Source: Limisphaerales bacterium (GTDB lineage Bacteria; Verrucomicrobiota; Verrucomicrobiia; Limisphaerales; JAJOIW01). From it: 64,000 nt of DNA. Each line of letters begins with the position of its first letter. Within the stretch, counting starts at the first letter, position 1. Below, in pieces: positions 18,986-29,256 of this stretch. The translations under genes and the position numbers were made by a program. The stretch covers positions 128,001-192,000 of the forward strand of contig CBFHOE010000007.1 of the NCBI GenBank assembly GCA_965657355.1. Direction: 5' to 3'. The notes below the pieces were generated by a model that saw only the letters and a program-made list of their open reading frames with translations, did no database searches and had not been told where the DNA came from.

Positions 18986-20347
18986 TTATCTTCGTTTATC
19001 TTTGCGTTTCAGGTAACTCTTAGGAAGTGTGGAAGTCCATTCGTTTAATTTTTTTCTGAGCTGGGAAACGACCTCTGGATAAGCAGTGGCTAGATTCTGA
19101 CTTTCGTCGAGATCCTTAGAAAGGTCATATAGTTCTACCCTTTTTCCTTTCCTGAGGTTTAAATGAAGTTTCCATTGACCGTCCCTGATGGCGGGGGAAC
19201 TTTTATGGCTGCTCGTCTTCCAAAATAACGGCTTACTTCTCTTTCGTTTTCCACCAAACCAAATATCTGAAATATCTTCACCATCGACTTCACCTGGAAT
19301 CTTTTCGATTCCGGTTATAGAGCAAAGGGTCGGCAGCCAGTCTATGAAGGAACAGATGTTAGTTGCATCCACAACCCCTGATTTTATTTTTCCAGGCCAC
19401 CTCACAATAAATGGAACTCGAGTCCCACCTTCATATTGTTGGTGTTTACCTCCTCTGAACTCTCCGGCATACCCCAACATATTTTCAGAAAATTCCCTAA
19501 CTCCTTTATTGGCAACGACAATAGGCGCAGGACCGTGATCACTTGAGAAAACCACTATGGTATTATTGCGTAGGCCTAGCTCATCTAAAACTTTCAAAAC
19601 GCGACCAACATTACGATCTATCTGGAGAACGTCTCCAAGATATTGCTTCATAGATTGGTCAAGCTTACCATCAATTTGAAGACATTCGTCGAACTTGTGC
19701 TGCATTGTTTGTGAGAAATCCTCACGATCAACAACCACATTTTCAAATTCCTCTACCAGCACTTGAGAAGTATTCACGGGAAAGTGAGTAGCATGCCCCC
19801 AGATATTGATATAAAATGGGTTTTTGGAATTTTCTTTAATGAATGTAATAGCCTCTGAAAATAAATCGTCATCTCTACCCGCTTCTTTGTTTTTACTTTT
19901 GCCAATGACCTTTACAGTGTCGATTCCATATATCCCATTCTGATCATTTGGACCAATATGCCATTTACCAAAATGACCAGTTCGATATCCATTTTTCTTA
20001 AGCAGTTCAGTTATTGTGATTCGGTCTCCAAAACCATAATCTGCAGCATATTTTTGAAATCTTGCCGGAAAAACCCCCGTCATCAATCCAGTGCGGCTTG
20101 GATTACAGGTAACTCCGGTGACATAAAATTGGGCAAACCGAGTCCCCTCCTTTGCTAATCGATCCAAAGCAGGCGTTTTTGCATAAGGATGACCATAACA
20201 ACCAAGATCTCCATAACCAAGGTCATCAGCGAGGATGAATACAATATTTGGTTTCTCGTTAGCCTCAATCGAAGAAAACAAAAAGGCCAACTGTGAGATG
20301 ATAATCCCAGTGAAGAGCTTCAAGTATTTTGGATAAATGGACCGCAC
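18986..20347 (-). CDS. Cys-type (formylglycine-dependent) sulfatase
   Basis: PNIVFILADDLGYGD, CNPSR (CxPxR), GKWHIG, SSDHG, YEGGTRVP. Confidence 0.93.
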   Translation of the reverse strand: MRSIYPKYLKLFTGIIISQLAFLFSSIEANEKPNIVFILADDLGYGDLGCYGHPYAKTPALDRLAKEGTRFAQFYVTGVTCNPSRTGLMTGVFPARFQKYAADYGFGDRITITELLKKNGYRTGHFGKWHIGPNDQNGIYGIDTVKVIGKSKNKEAGRDDDLFSEAITFIKENSKNPFYINIWGHATHFPVNTSQVLVEEFENVVVDREDFSQTMQHKFDECLQIDGKLDQSMKQYLGDVLQIDRNVGRVLKVLDELGLRNNTIVVFSSDHGPAPIVVANKGVREFSENMLGYAGEFRGGKHQQYEGGTRVPFIVRWPGKIKSGVVDATNICSFIDWLPTLCSITGIEKIPGEVDGEDISDIWFGGKRKRSKPLFWKTSSHKSSPAIRDGQWKLHLNLRKGKRVELYDLSKDLDESQNLATAYPEVVSQLRKKLNEWTSTLPKSYLKRKDKRR

Positions 20348-20494
20348 AGCAAAGTTAATATGAGATGTTGTTCCGTTCTGAATTATACTAAGATTATCGA
20401 CCCATCAAAGATTTCTGGGATAAACCATCCACAAGCCCTTCAAGCCGGAAGGAATATATTTACTTCCTCCAGCTAATGTGGTTAGACCAATTGA

Positions 20495-21328
20495 TTAGTG
20501 ATCTAGTGGAAGCAGCTCTACTTTACGGAACTCAACTGGATGACTTTCCGATTGAAGTGAAATACTACCGCCCTTGAGGAGTTTTACGCCACCATTAGCG
20601 GTAATAAGTTGTTTACCAATATCAGATCGGGGATCTAGTTGAGGTTTATTGAGCTCAAAAACGACCTTACCATCAATCACATTGCGGATAACTTGACTAC
20701 CTCTTACTTCGAGTTCAACTATTACCCATTGATCGCCATGATAAGTTTCTGACTTTGAATTGAGGCAATGGTTGGTGATCAGTTTTTTATCCATGACGAT
20801 GTTTGTATATGGTGTACAAATATTTGCTGTAGTCCGCTTACCAGACCCTCCACCTCCAAGTAGTTGGATCTCAATGGAAGCAGGAAAATCTTGATCAATA
20901 CTCATGGATTCAGGAGTTTGACCGTGAATCATAATTCCTGAATTTCTAAAAGCCCAGCCCGGCCCTCCGGGAGCTTGGTCACCAACAAATCGATATTCCA
21001 GCCTCAGGCGATAGTGACTGAATGGTTGGTGGTAAAAAACATGGCCAAATGTTTCATTAAATTGATCGTATGCCTCATATCCGACCTTCATTACTCCATT
21101 TTCAACCCGAAATGTTTTACCATAATTATCCCCCAACTTACGGCCTCGAATTTTAACCTGCCAGCCTGTGAGGTCCTTCCCATTAAAAAGTTGAATCCAA
21201 CCACTTGTAGAATTTTTTTTGTGGTGATCGGGTAAAGCAATCTGGGGGATGAGTAGCCCAGCAATAATAGCTATAAACGCAAAGGATTTCATATATCGAC
21301 AATTTACCAAGATATGAGTGTATGTCAC
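20495..21328 (-). CDS. DUF1080 (3-keto-disaccharide hydrolase-like) protein
   Basis: WIQLFNGKDLTGW, LRLEYRF, RNSGIMIH, EIQLL, ISLQSESHPVEFRKV; signal peptide from the second Met. Confidence 0.9.
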   Translation of the reverse strand: MTYTHILVNCRYMKSFAFIAIIAGLLIPQIALPDHHKKNSTSGWIQLFNGKDLTGWQVKIRGRKLGDNYGKTFRVENGVMKVGYEAYDQFNETFGHVFYHQPFSHYRLRLEYRFVGDQAPGGPGWAFRNSGIMIHGQTPESMSIDQDFPASIEIQLLGGGGSGKRTTANICTPYTNIVMDKKLITNHCLNSKSETYHGDQWVIVELEVRGSQVIRNVIDGKVVFELNKPQLDPRSDIGKQLITANGGVKLLKGGSISLQSESHPVEFRKVELLPLDH

Positions 21329-21365
21329 GCTGATATCGAAACTAATAAAAGTTAACTCATAAAAG

Positions 21366-22829
21366 CTACTTTTTATATATGGGCTGAGGCATTTTAGCCC
21401 CCATGGCGACCTGCCAGTCTTTCAGTGCCAATTGAAGTTGTTTGGCAATACCAGGAAATCGAGAACTCAAATCATTTTGTTCGCCAATGTCATTGGACAA
21501 GTCGTAAAGCTCTACTTGATCGTATTCATAAAATTCGATGAGCTTCCATTTTCCAGACCGTATAGCAGCACCAGGGCGCCAAGTGGAACCATGATAATGT
21601 GGGTAATGCCAATAAGCATTTCGCAAAGGCAGCGAACCGGCACCTTCAAACAATGGCACGAGGCTCACACCATCTAACTTAGGGATAGGTGTATTAGTAG
21701 AAGAACTCAATTCAACAATAGTGGGAAAAAAATCCGTACTGAGAACCATTTCATCACATATCGACCCCGGCTCATTTATCACTGGCCCAGAAACTATCAT
21801 CGGCTCCCTAATTCCGCCTTCATACAACCAACCCTTACCACTTCTTAAAGGCAGGTTGCAGGTAGGCCCTACTTTTTTTAAAGTGGCAAGCCCACCATTA
21901 TCAGAGAAGAAAAACACGATAGTAGATTCCCGAAGGTTTAACTTTTCCATGGAATTGATAAGAGATCCAACACTCGAATCAACTGCAGCTACCATGCTTG
22001 CATAAGCTGGATTATCTTGACGCGAGCGCGTCTTGGCGCCTCTTTCATTTATTGGCACAGAATCCGACTCGCCATAGAGGTAATCTTTCCTATTTTGGTA
22101 TTTCTCGATCTCCTTTAAATAGGGCTGAATTGGAGTGTGGACATTATAATAGCTTAAGAAAGCTAAAAATGGTTCGCCCTCATCACGCTCTTCGAAAAAA
22201 TTGATAGTTTCCTCAGTCAATCTCTCCGTGAGGTATTCGCCCTTTTTGTTTGATTTCAAATGAGGATTTGTCCATGGCGCATAATATCCACCCGGAGGTG
22301 ATCCTTTATGGAATCCTCCTATGTTATGGTCAAATCCCTGATCTGTGGGGAGAAAACCTTCCCCTCCCAAATGCCATTTGCCCGCAAAAAATGTTGCATA
22401 ACCAGAATTTTTAAGGACCTCAGCGATAGTCAGCTCACTCAGTGGCAATTCATTGAGGTCATTTATATGTTGGAATTTTGCGCCTTTGTATCGTGAAGCA
22501 TTAGCACCGGGAATCCAGTCCGTAATGTCCACCCTGACTGGATGTCTACCTGTCATGATACTTGCCCGCGTTGGAGAACAGACTGATCCAGCGGCATAAC
22601 CTTGAGTAAAAAGAAGACCTTCCCTAGCCAATTTATCAATATGGGGCGTTTGGTGATAGCGACTCCCATTCACGCCTATGTCGGCCCACCCGAGGTCATC
22701 CACTAGAAGAAAAAGAAAATTGTATCTGGCAGAATTGTTAGAAGTCGTAGGTTCCGCGATTAAAGAAGAAAAGAACAAACCTGCCAAAAGAAGACTTGCA
22801 GATGCACAGAAAGGATGGGCCCGTTTCAT
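21366..22829 (-). CDS. Cys-type sulfatase
   Basis: [50 protein letters not shown]. Confidence 0.94.
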   Translation of the reverse strand: MKRAHPFCASASLLLAGLFFSSLIAEPTTSNNSARYNFLFLLVDDLGWADIGVNGSRYHQTPHIDKLAREGLLFTQGYAAGSVCSPTRASIMTGRHPVRVDITDWIPGANASRYKGAKFQHINDLNELPLSELTIAEVLKNSGYATFFAGKWHLGGEGFLPTDQGFDHNIGGFHKGSPPGGYYAPWTNPHLKSNKKGEYLTERLTEETINFFEERDEGEPFLAFLSYYNVHTPIQPYLKEIEKYQNRKDYLYGESDSVPINERGAKTRSRQDNPAYASMVAAVDSSVGSLINSMEKLNLRESTIVFFFSDNGGLATLKKVGPTCNLPLRSGKGWLYEGGIREPMIVSGPVINEPGSICDEMVLSTDFFPTIVELSSSTNTPIPKLDGVSLVPLFEGAGSLPLRNAYWHYPHYHGSTWRPGAAIRSGKWKLIEFYEYDQVELYDLSNDIGEQNDLSSRFPGIAKQLQLALKDWQVAMGAKMPQPIYKK

Positions 22830-22853
22830 TGGATTTGTTTATGAATATTATAA

Positions 22854-25800
22854 TTAATATTGGATTGTTATCATGTTGGAGTTTGCATCTATGGATCCCT
22901 GAGTTTTCTTTCCACCAGGCCAAATTGCTTCAATCGATTTTACGTTTCTCACATCGCCTAGAATTGGCCTTGATGAGGATTGTGAATTATATCCGTCCCC
23001 AGCTACAATTGGAATGGATATTTTCTGACCATCTTGCTTTGTTACCAAGAGGCGAGCACCCAAGCCTTTAGGATTATTTTTTGGGCCTGCCAACGAAACC
23101 CTGACTCCAGGCTCACCATTTTGGTTAAGCCATAATGTAGTATCTGATGCATTTTGAGAGACAATAAGGTCCGGCCTGTTGTCATTATTAAAGTCACCCC
23201 AAGCAGCACCTCTTTGCTCTCCATATACCATAACCCCGGATTCTATCCCCTGAGCAGGGTCAAAGGTGCCTCTCCCTGATCCAAACAATATGAGGCCTCT
23301 CCCTGCTTCAAGCTTAGGAGCATCAGGTTGTTGTTGAAAAAAGTTTTGAGTGATGAATAAGTCAATCATCCCATCTCCTTGCCAATCTGCTGTAACGATT
23401 GAGAATACTGGGCTATGCTGAACAACGGAAGGAAGTGGCCTTTTTTCAAATTTTCCCGCACCCAAATTGAGAAAAAGGCAACTTCGTAGTTCATTGCATT
23501 CCCGTTTAGTGAAACGAGAAAATCTATTGGCATAAATTTTTTCAATAGTCGACGTCCCGTAAACTTTATGAGTTGGGACAGTTCGCACAAGCTCCGGGAA
23601 GACTTTAGACGTCATCAAACGATCTCTATAAGGTAAGTGCTTACCAGTCTTAACATCCAAATAAGATTCCACCAGGGGGTAGCCTCCTGCGATTTGACTC
23701 TTTTCAAAGAATAGACGCATTGGCTTTTGCCCCTCGGAAGAGTAGTAATCATTCAATCCCCAGTTTCCACCCACAATGTCCAGGAGCCCGTCTTGATTAG
23801 CATCGATTAAAGCAATCGACTGCCATAAACCAGCATTTTGACTTTGCGATATAATCGAATTGTGAGCTTTTAAAACCCCATTTTCATTAGTGAAAACGGC
23901 AATATTCCCCCATTCACAAGCAACAATGAGATCAACCCATCCGTTGTTATCTAGATCGCCAGCGGTGGCTCCTCTGACTGAGCCTGTGAGCTGTAGAGCC
24001 TGTTTCAAAACGTAACCACTGCCTTTGAGATCATAGATTCCGCTTTGTGAGCTCACTGGGTATTGGCCGGACATGGCGCTACCGGCAATGAAAAATTCTA
24101 CTGTCCCGTCTCCGTCAAAATCGGCACCAACCACAGCCCCAGAACCAGTAGGTCTGGGCGCAAAAGAATCCGATCCGGAGGTCGTATACACTGAGTTTTC
24201 ACTGGAGGATCCTTCATATCTATCTTCTGTAATAACTAGATCTGCAGTTTGATTAGTTCCACCATGTTTCACATTTATTAAAGCGGAGGTATCGCCGGCC
24301 ACATTGGGTTTTATTATCTTTTTACTGAAGGCTGATTTATTTGAAATCCGAACTTCAATACTGCCTCCTTTACCCGCGCCAACAGCTACGTCGTCAATAC
24401 CATCACCGTTATAATCCAAAACACTAATAGGAGGACCATTATGACTTAACTTCCTCGCCAACAATGCTTGTAATTGAAAATCATCATAAACACTTTCCTG
24501 ATGTTTGTGATCCAGCATTTTAGTTGATTCAAGAAAAAGCCTATTCTCTGGTTTAGTCTCATCGAAGGTGTTTTTTACTATGATGTTATTACCCGATGAC
24601 GCAGTTGTTGTTTGATCAATTATGTAAGCCCTATTTGCTTTCAAACCGTGGAGTTGAGTGACGTCCCCATTGCGCCACCGTACTGTGAGTGAATGCGACG
24701 CTTCTGGGGTAGCGGCAAAAACTCTGAGGTAATCATCACCCGAAACATACCGGCCACCAGCAATAATTTCTTGAGATTGAGAAACTGGACCGCCCTCGAA
24801 AGTAATTCTAGCACCAACACCAAAAGTATTTGGGAACTTCCCATGGAGTCGAATGGAGACTCTTGGTTTGGCTGTTATGTTTTGATAAATTTCAGCAGGA
24901 GTATTAGTATTGGAAACCACAATGTCGAGGTCTCCATCATTGTCTAAATCTGCTGTAGCCATTCCATTACTTACATTCTTTCCATTGAAACCCCATTCAT
25001 CACCAGCTTCCTCAAAGCGCGTATTTTTCAAATTTCTGAAGGCATAATTTGGGCTATCATCTCGAGGATATAAAAATATATCCCGCCTTTGCTCTGCCAA
25101 ACTTGATGTCTTTTTTCGACCCACAAGATCAATTGTATCAAGATCATCGACATCGTATTCAAAACCATTTGTAACTAGAAGGTCTTCCCACCCGTCGAGG
25201 TCGACATCAATGAAAACTGGAGTCCAAGTCCACCCCGAAGCAGAAACCCCTGAAAAATTGGCGACTTCAGCGAATGACCCATCGCCTCGGTTGAGGTAAA
25301 GATTATTTCTTCGGACCTGATCTCGACTATCAAGATTTCCCATGGTCTGTGGACGAACAGGCATTGTTCCTCTTTGAGTCATCCTCTGTTGATGCCGTCG
25401 ACTCAACATATCCACTACAATAAAGTCATCATCTCCATCACGATCAATATCAGCAAAATCGGTCCCCATGGAGAAAAAAGGTGTTTTTCGAAAGTTAAAA
25501 ATATCAACCTCCTTAAATATTCCTTTCCCATCATTAAGAAAAAATCTATCTGGAGTAAATGAGTCATTACAAATGTACAGATCTGGGGCCATATCCCCAT
25601 TGATATCCCGGAAAGTCACGCACAAGCCCTGATCAAAAGGAGCTTTTTCATAAGCCTTCCCGGTCGCATCTAAAAATCTTCCAGAGGTTATTGGTTCGGA
25701 CTTAAAGTTTCCGTTCCCGTCATTTATTAAAAAGTAATCTTCCTCACCTAGTTCGAACATGAGCCCATCAATGAACATGATTCTTTTGGCGAACTTTCCT

Positions 25801-26513
25801 CGAACATAAGGCTTGCCATTCCTATACATGATCCTAACAAGCCCCCCACTTCTAACTAGGGATTGGTAGCCAAAATTGGTGATATACATATCTAAATCAC
25901 CATCGCCATCGACGTCAGAAAGAGCGATAGAGTTACTTCCATATTTATTATTCATTCCTGGGAAACCTGATAATTTACTAAATTTACCATTTCCATCGTT
26001 TCTAAAGACAATATTTGGGTTGCCCATTGCCGTTACAATGAGATCTAAATCAGAATCACCATCCACATCAGCAAACACAGCTCCTGTGGAATTCTTTCCA
26101 ATGGACTCGACTCCAGATTCGCGTGTCACATCTTGGAATTTCATGTCGCCCAAATTTTTATACATCACATTTGCCCCATTAATATTAGGGAAATAAATAT
26201 CACAAAGCCCATCACCGTCATAGTCACCAAGAGCAACACCAGAACCATTCATGAGGTTCTTATTGACCATCATTTTGACATCCGTGAGAATGTTCGTAAA
26301 TGCCACTCCAGTTTCCGCGCTGCGTAACAATTTAAAGCCATCTAATTGACTAGATGATTGGGTCAATACAGCTTCCTTAACTTGGGCACCCTCCAAAGCA
26401 ACCATCTTCCAATCTAATGCCCTGGAAGAAACACACCCGAACAATATTAGTGTTATGGCCAGTATCAATTTGTTCCTATATAAAATACTTATCTTAAAAT
26501 TTGTCATTTCCAT
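22854..26513 (-). CDS. FG-GAP repeat / ASPIC-UnbV (CRTAC1-like) large exported protein
   Basis: Many DxDGDxxxD repeats (DYDGDGLCD, DVDGDSDLD, DLDNDGDLD, DFNNDNRPD) in two blocks, each followed by an ASPIC/UnbV-like segment (GVGARI...GGRYVSGD; GLGARL...AGDGYNSQSS). Confidence 0.88.
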   Translation of the reverse strand: MEMTNFKISILYRNKLILAITLILFGCVSSRALDWKMVALEGAQVKEAVLTQSSSQLDGFKLLRSAETGVAFTNILTDVKMMVNKNLMNGSGVALGDYDGDGLCDIYFPNINGANVMYKNLGDMKFQDVTRESGVESIGKNSTGAVFADVDGDSDLDLIVTAMGNPNIVFRNDGNGKFSKLSGFPGMNNKYGSNSIALSDVDGDGDLDMYITNFGYQSLVRSGGLVRIMYRNGKPYVRGKFAKRIMFIDGLMFELGEEDYFLINDGNGNFKSEPITSGRFLDATGKAYEKAPFDQGLCVTFRDINGDMAPDLYICNDSFTPDRFFLNDGKGIFKEVDIFNFRKTPFFSMGTDFADIDRDGDDDFIVVDMLSRRHQQRMTQRGTMPVRPQTMGNLDSRDQVRRNNLYLNRGDGSFAEVANFSGVSASGWTWTPVFIDVDLDGWEDLLVTNGFEYDVDDLDTIDLVGRKKTSSLAEQRRDIFLYPRDDSPNYAFRNLKNTRFEEAGDEWGFNGKNVSNGMATADLDNDGDLDIVVSNTNTPAEIYQNITAKPRVSIRLHGKFPNTFGVGARITFEGGPVSQSQEIIAGGRYVSGDDYLRVFAATPEASHSLTVRWRNGDVTQLHGLKANRAYIIDQTTTASSGNNIIVKNTFDETKPENRLFLESTKMLDHKHQESVYDDFQLQALLARKLSHNGPPISVLDYNGDGIDDVAVGAGKGGSIEVRISNKSAFSKKIIKPNVAGDTSALINVKHGGTNQTADLVITEDRYEGSSSENSVYTTSGSDSFAPRPTGSGAVVGADFDGDGTVEFFIAGSAMSGQYPVSSQSGIYDLKGSGYVLKQALQLTGSVRGATAGDLDNNGWVDLIVACEWGNIAVFTNENGVLKAHNSIISQSQNAGLWQSIALIDANQDGLLDIVGGNWGLNDYYSSEGQKPMRLFFEKSQIAGGYPLVESYLDVKTGKHLPYRDRLMTSKVFPELVRTVPTHKVYGTSTIEKIYANRFSRFTKRECNELRSCLFLNLGAGKFEKRPLPSVVQHSPVFSIVTADWQGDGMIDLFITQNFFQQQPDAPKLEAGRGLILFGSGRGTFDPAQGIESGVMVYGEQRGAAWGDFNNDNRPDLIVSQNASDTTLWLNQNGEPGVRVSLAGPKNNPKGLGARLLVTKQDGQKISIPIVAGDGYNSQSSSRPILGDVRNVKSIEAIWPGGKKTQGSIDANSNMITIQY

Positions 26514-26562
26514 TCATGCATTGCCACGTTTTGTCTGAGAAAATTTTTCGAGGATTCGAAAT

Positions 26563-28065
26563 TTAAAGTCTTTTTGGATTAACTGGGACGTTCGGATTTG
26601 AGCCAAGAGCTTTTTTATTTAATATCTTTTTAAGATCCTCTATCACCTTTTTAATTTGTTTCGACATCGGAGAAATTACTGCCAGATTTTGAAATTCACC
26701 ACGGTCATTAAGGTGGTCATATAGTTCAACCCCCTCTTGTCCGGAATTCCAATCGGTATACCGCCATCGAGCTGTTCGGATAGACCGACCCATTACGGGT
26801 CTGGCGAGCCTGGAATCAGAGGGGCGTAGAATTTGAGTCACTGCAAAGCCATCCCACAGGGACATAGGGTTAGAAATTAAAGGTTTCAAACTTCTTCCCT
26901 CTAGGTGCGCTGGCATCGGTAATCCGGCTAAATCTACAACCGTAGGGTAAATATCGATGAATTCTACTACCCTTCGGCATATTTGCCCATTTGCTTTTAC
27001 TCCTGGCATGGAAATGATAAGCGGACTTCTTGCAGATTCTTCAAATAAAGTTCTTTTTTGCCATATCCCCATATGCTCTCCCAAGTGATAACCGTGATCG
27101 CTCCAGAAAACTATAAGAGTTTTGTCGCTGAGACCCGATTTTTCTAATGCATCAATCAAGCGTCCAATTTGTGCATCAATAAATGTAACACAGGCGTAGT
27201 ATGCTTGTATGGCTTTCCTTAAAACTTTTTCATCAAGATTATAATTCGGCAATGGACAATTGTGAGCGAACGCAGCTAGTGGAATGTCCTTCCTGTCGCC
27301 TGTCGGGGCCCACGGCAATCTTATTTCATTCAGCGGATAAAGGTCGAAATATTTTTTCGGTGCGACATAAGGTGTATGAGGTCTAAAGAAACCTACCCCA
27401 AGAAAAAATGATTCCTCTTTAAACTTTTCTATAAGCCCGATGGCCTCTGAGGTGACCATGCCATCGGTTTGTTCTTTGTCAGTACCATCGGCGGCCAACC
27501 AGCTCAAAGCAGCACTAATTTTCCTGTGAGGCTCAGCATTAAAAATTAATTTTTCTTCCTCTTTGTCTCTTCCTTTAGGATTGATAGTAAACTGCCAGGA
27601 TTTGGGATCATCAAATCCGTCAGAGCCTATAGATGCTGGGACGTTATAATGATATATTTTACCTACTCTTCCCGTGACATAACCTTGTTCCATAAAAACT
27701 TGAGAAAGTGTTTTTACATTTGGTTTGTCCTCCCGGAAATGCCTATCCAAATCATAAACTCCGATGGTATCTGGTCTGAGTCCTGTCATGACAGACGCCC
27801 GGGAGGGATTGCAGAGTGGAATCTGGTTGTAGGCTCTATCAAAAAGAATTCCTTGGGATGCCAGGCGATCTAAGTTGGGAGTTTGCACCCATGGATTGCC
27901 CTGACAAGACAGCACGTTACCTAAATCATCCGCGGCAATAAAAAGGACATTGAGTTTATCTGAACTCTGCATTTTTTGTAAACCGCCTAATCCGTAGGCA
28001 GGACCAATGACCAGTGCTAGCAAAGTCAACACTGCCAATATGGTTTTCTCGGAAAATCTATCCAT
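26563..28065 (-). CDS. Cys-type sulfatase (iduronate-2-sulfatase-like subfamily)
   Basis: [53 protein letters not shown]. Confidence 0.93.
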   Translation of the reverse strand: MDRFSEKTILAVLTLLALVIGPAYGLGGLQKMQSSDKLNVLFIAADDLGNVLSCQGNPWVQTPNLDRLASQGILFDRAYNQIPLCNPSRASVMTGLRPDTIGVYDLDRHFREDKPNVKTLSQVFMEQGYVTGRVGKIYHYNVPASIGSDGFDDPKSWQFTINPKGRDKEEEKLIFNAEPHRKISAALSWLAADGTDKEQTDGMVTSEAIGLIEKFKEESFFLGVGFFRPHTPYVAPKKYFDLYPLNEIRLPWAPTGDRKDIPLAAFAHNCPLPNYNLDEKVLRKAIQAYYACVTFIDAQIGRLIDALEKSGLSDKTLIVFWSDHGYHLGEHMGIWQKRTLFEESARSPLIISMPGVKANGQICRRVVEFIDIYPTVVDLAGLPMPAHLEGRSLKPLISNPMSLWDGFAVTQILRPSDSRLARPVMGRSIRTARWRYTDWNSGQEGVELYDHLNDRGEFQNLAVISPMSKQIKKVIEDLKKILNKKALGSNPNVPVNPKRL

Positions 28066-28618
28066 CTTCTTAGTTAATCTGGAAATGGCTTATATGGTAA
28101 TTTTATATAACTCATATTCGAACTCAAACCCAAACTCAATTCCGGGTAATAACCATGTTCATTGGTTGATTTTGTAAGTGAGTGGCGACAAAGAGCCAGG
28201 TTAAATACATGTCGATTTAACAAAAAAAATACAATTATTGAGGATCAAAAAAATGAAGAAGAGTGCTGCGATATACGTTGACACCATGGCGTCAGCGACA
28301 TTAAGTCACACAAGGTTAATGAAAACTTAGTTAGTTCCCAGTTTCCAGAAACACAAATTTTTGAACATCTAAGCAAAGAATATTCTGGTTAACATTTGTG
28401 TCTCTATGGAGGGTATAAGACAGGCGCATTTGGCGCACGTCTACCAGACAACGGACCTTTGCCACAGCAAAAATAATGGTAATTTGTGTAATAACTCATC
28501 ACAGGCCATTGACCTGCCGCATGAAAAATAATGAAGAATAGCCTCTCGAGCCCTCCTCGGTATTGAGTGGTATCTCGATAGGGCATTTTCATTGGGGAAA
28601 AATATCTAGAATTTGGAT

Positions 28619-29146
28619 TTAATCCATAAAGAGCTTTTTAGGGAAAACAAAAGAATCGAGTTCACATTTGAAGCGACTTAATGAGCTCCAGTCATTGATA
28701 GGAGCTCTGAGACGAACAATAGAGAAAGTAGGAAAATTTCGTATATTCGAATTTTCTGACATTTGCATGGCCGCAAGGTGTATTCCGGGGTTGTGAGCTA
28801 ATATAGCAATTGAAGAAATTTCGTCTGATTGAGCCTCGAGAATATCAATAATTTCGTCTGAACTTGCCAGGTATAGGTCATTTTTGAATGTCAGATGTTG
28901 ATCGTTAGCCCATCCGCTCTTGACCAGGTAGGCTGCTGTCGATTTAGTCCTTTGACTATCACTAGAAAGGACGAGATCTGGCTTGGAAAAGTGATCGCAA
29001 CAATATTGGGCCATGCGTGGGCCATCGCGCCGGCCACGCTCATTTAAATCTCTTTCCCAATCTGACATACCTGCTCTATCCCAAGATGATTTGGCGTGCC
29101 TGATTAGGTATATTATCTTTTCTTTCGAAATCATTTCAGCTTGCAA
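28619..29146 (-). CDS. sixA: SixA-like histidine phosphatase (start possibly ATG at 29134)
   Basis: YLIRHAKSSW, DWERDLNERG, SSDSQRT, LYLAS, AHNPG. Confidence 0.82.
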   Translation of the reverse strand: MQAEMISKEKIIYLIRHAKSSWDRAGMSDWERDLNERGRRDGPRMAQYCCDHFSKPDLVLSSDSQRTKSTAAYLVKSGWANDQHLTFKNDLYLASSDEIIDILEAQSDEISSIAILAHNPGIHLAAMQMSENSNIRNFPTFSIVRLRAPINDWSSLSRFKCELDSFVFPKKLFMD

Positions 29147-29256
29147 TGAGATCAGATTTTTTTTGCGGCCATTTGTTTATCGCATTGGGAAATAAATTCA
29201 AGCAGTATTTCTATTTCTGGTCCTTTTAGGAAGAAAAAATCGATAGATCATTGTAT

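Noticed and set aside
28404..28592. 62-aa minus-strand ORF (MKMPYRDTTQ...) downstream of sixA
   Set aside because: No recognisable motif or other support; cannot be distinguished from chance.
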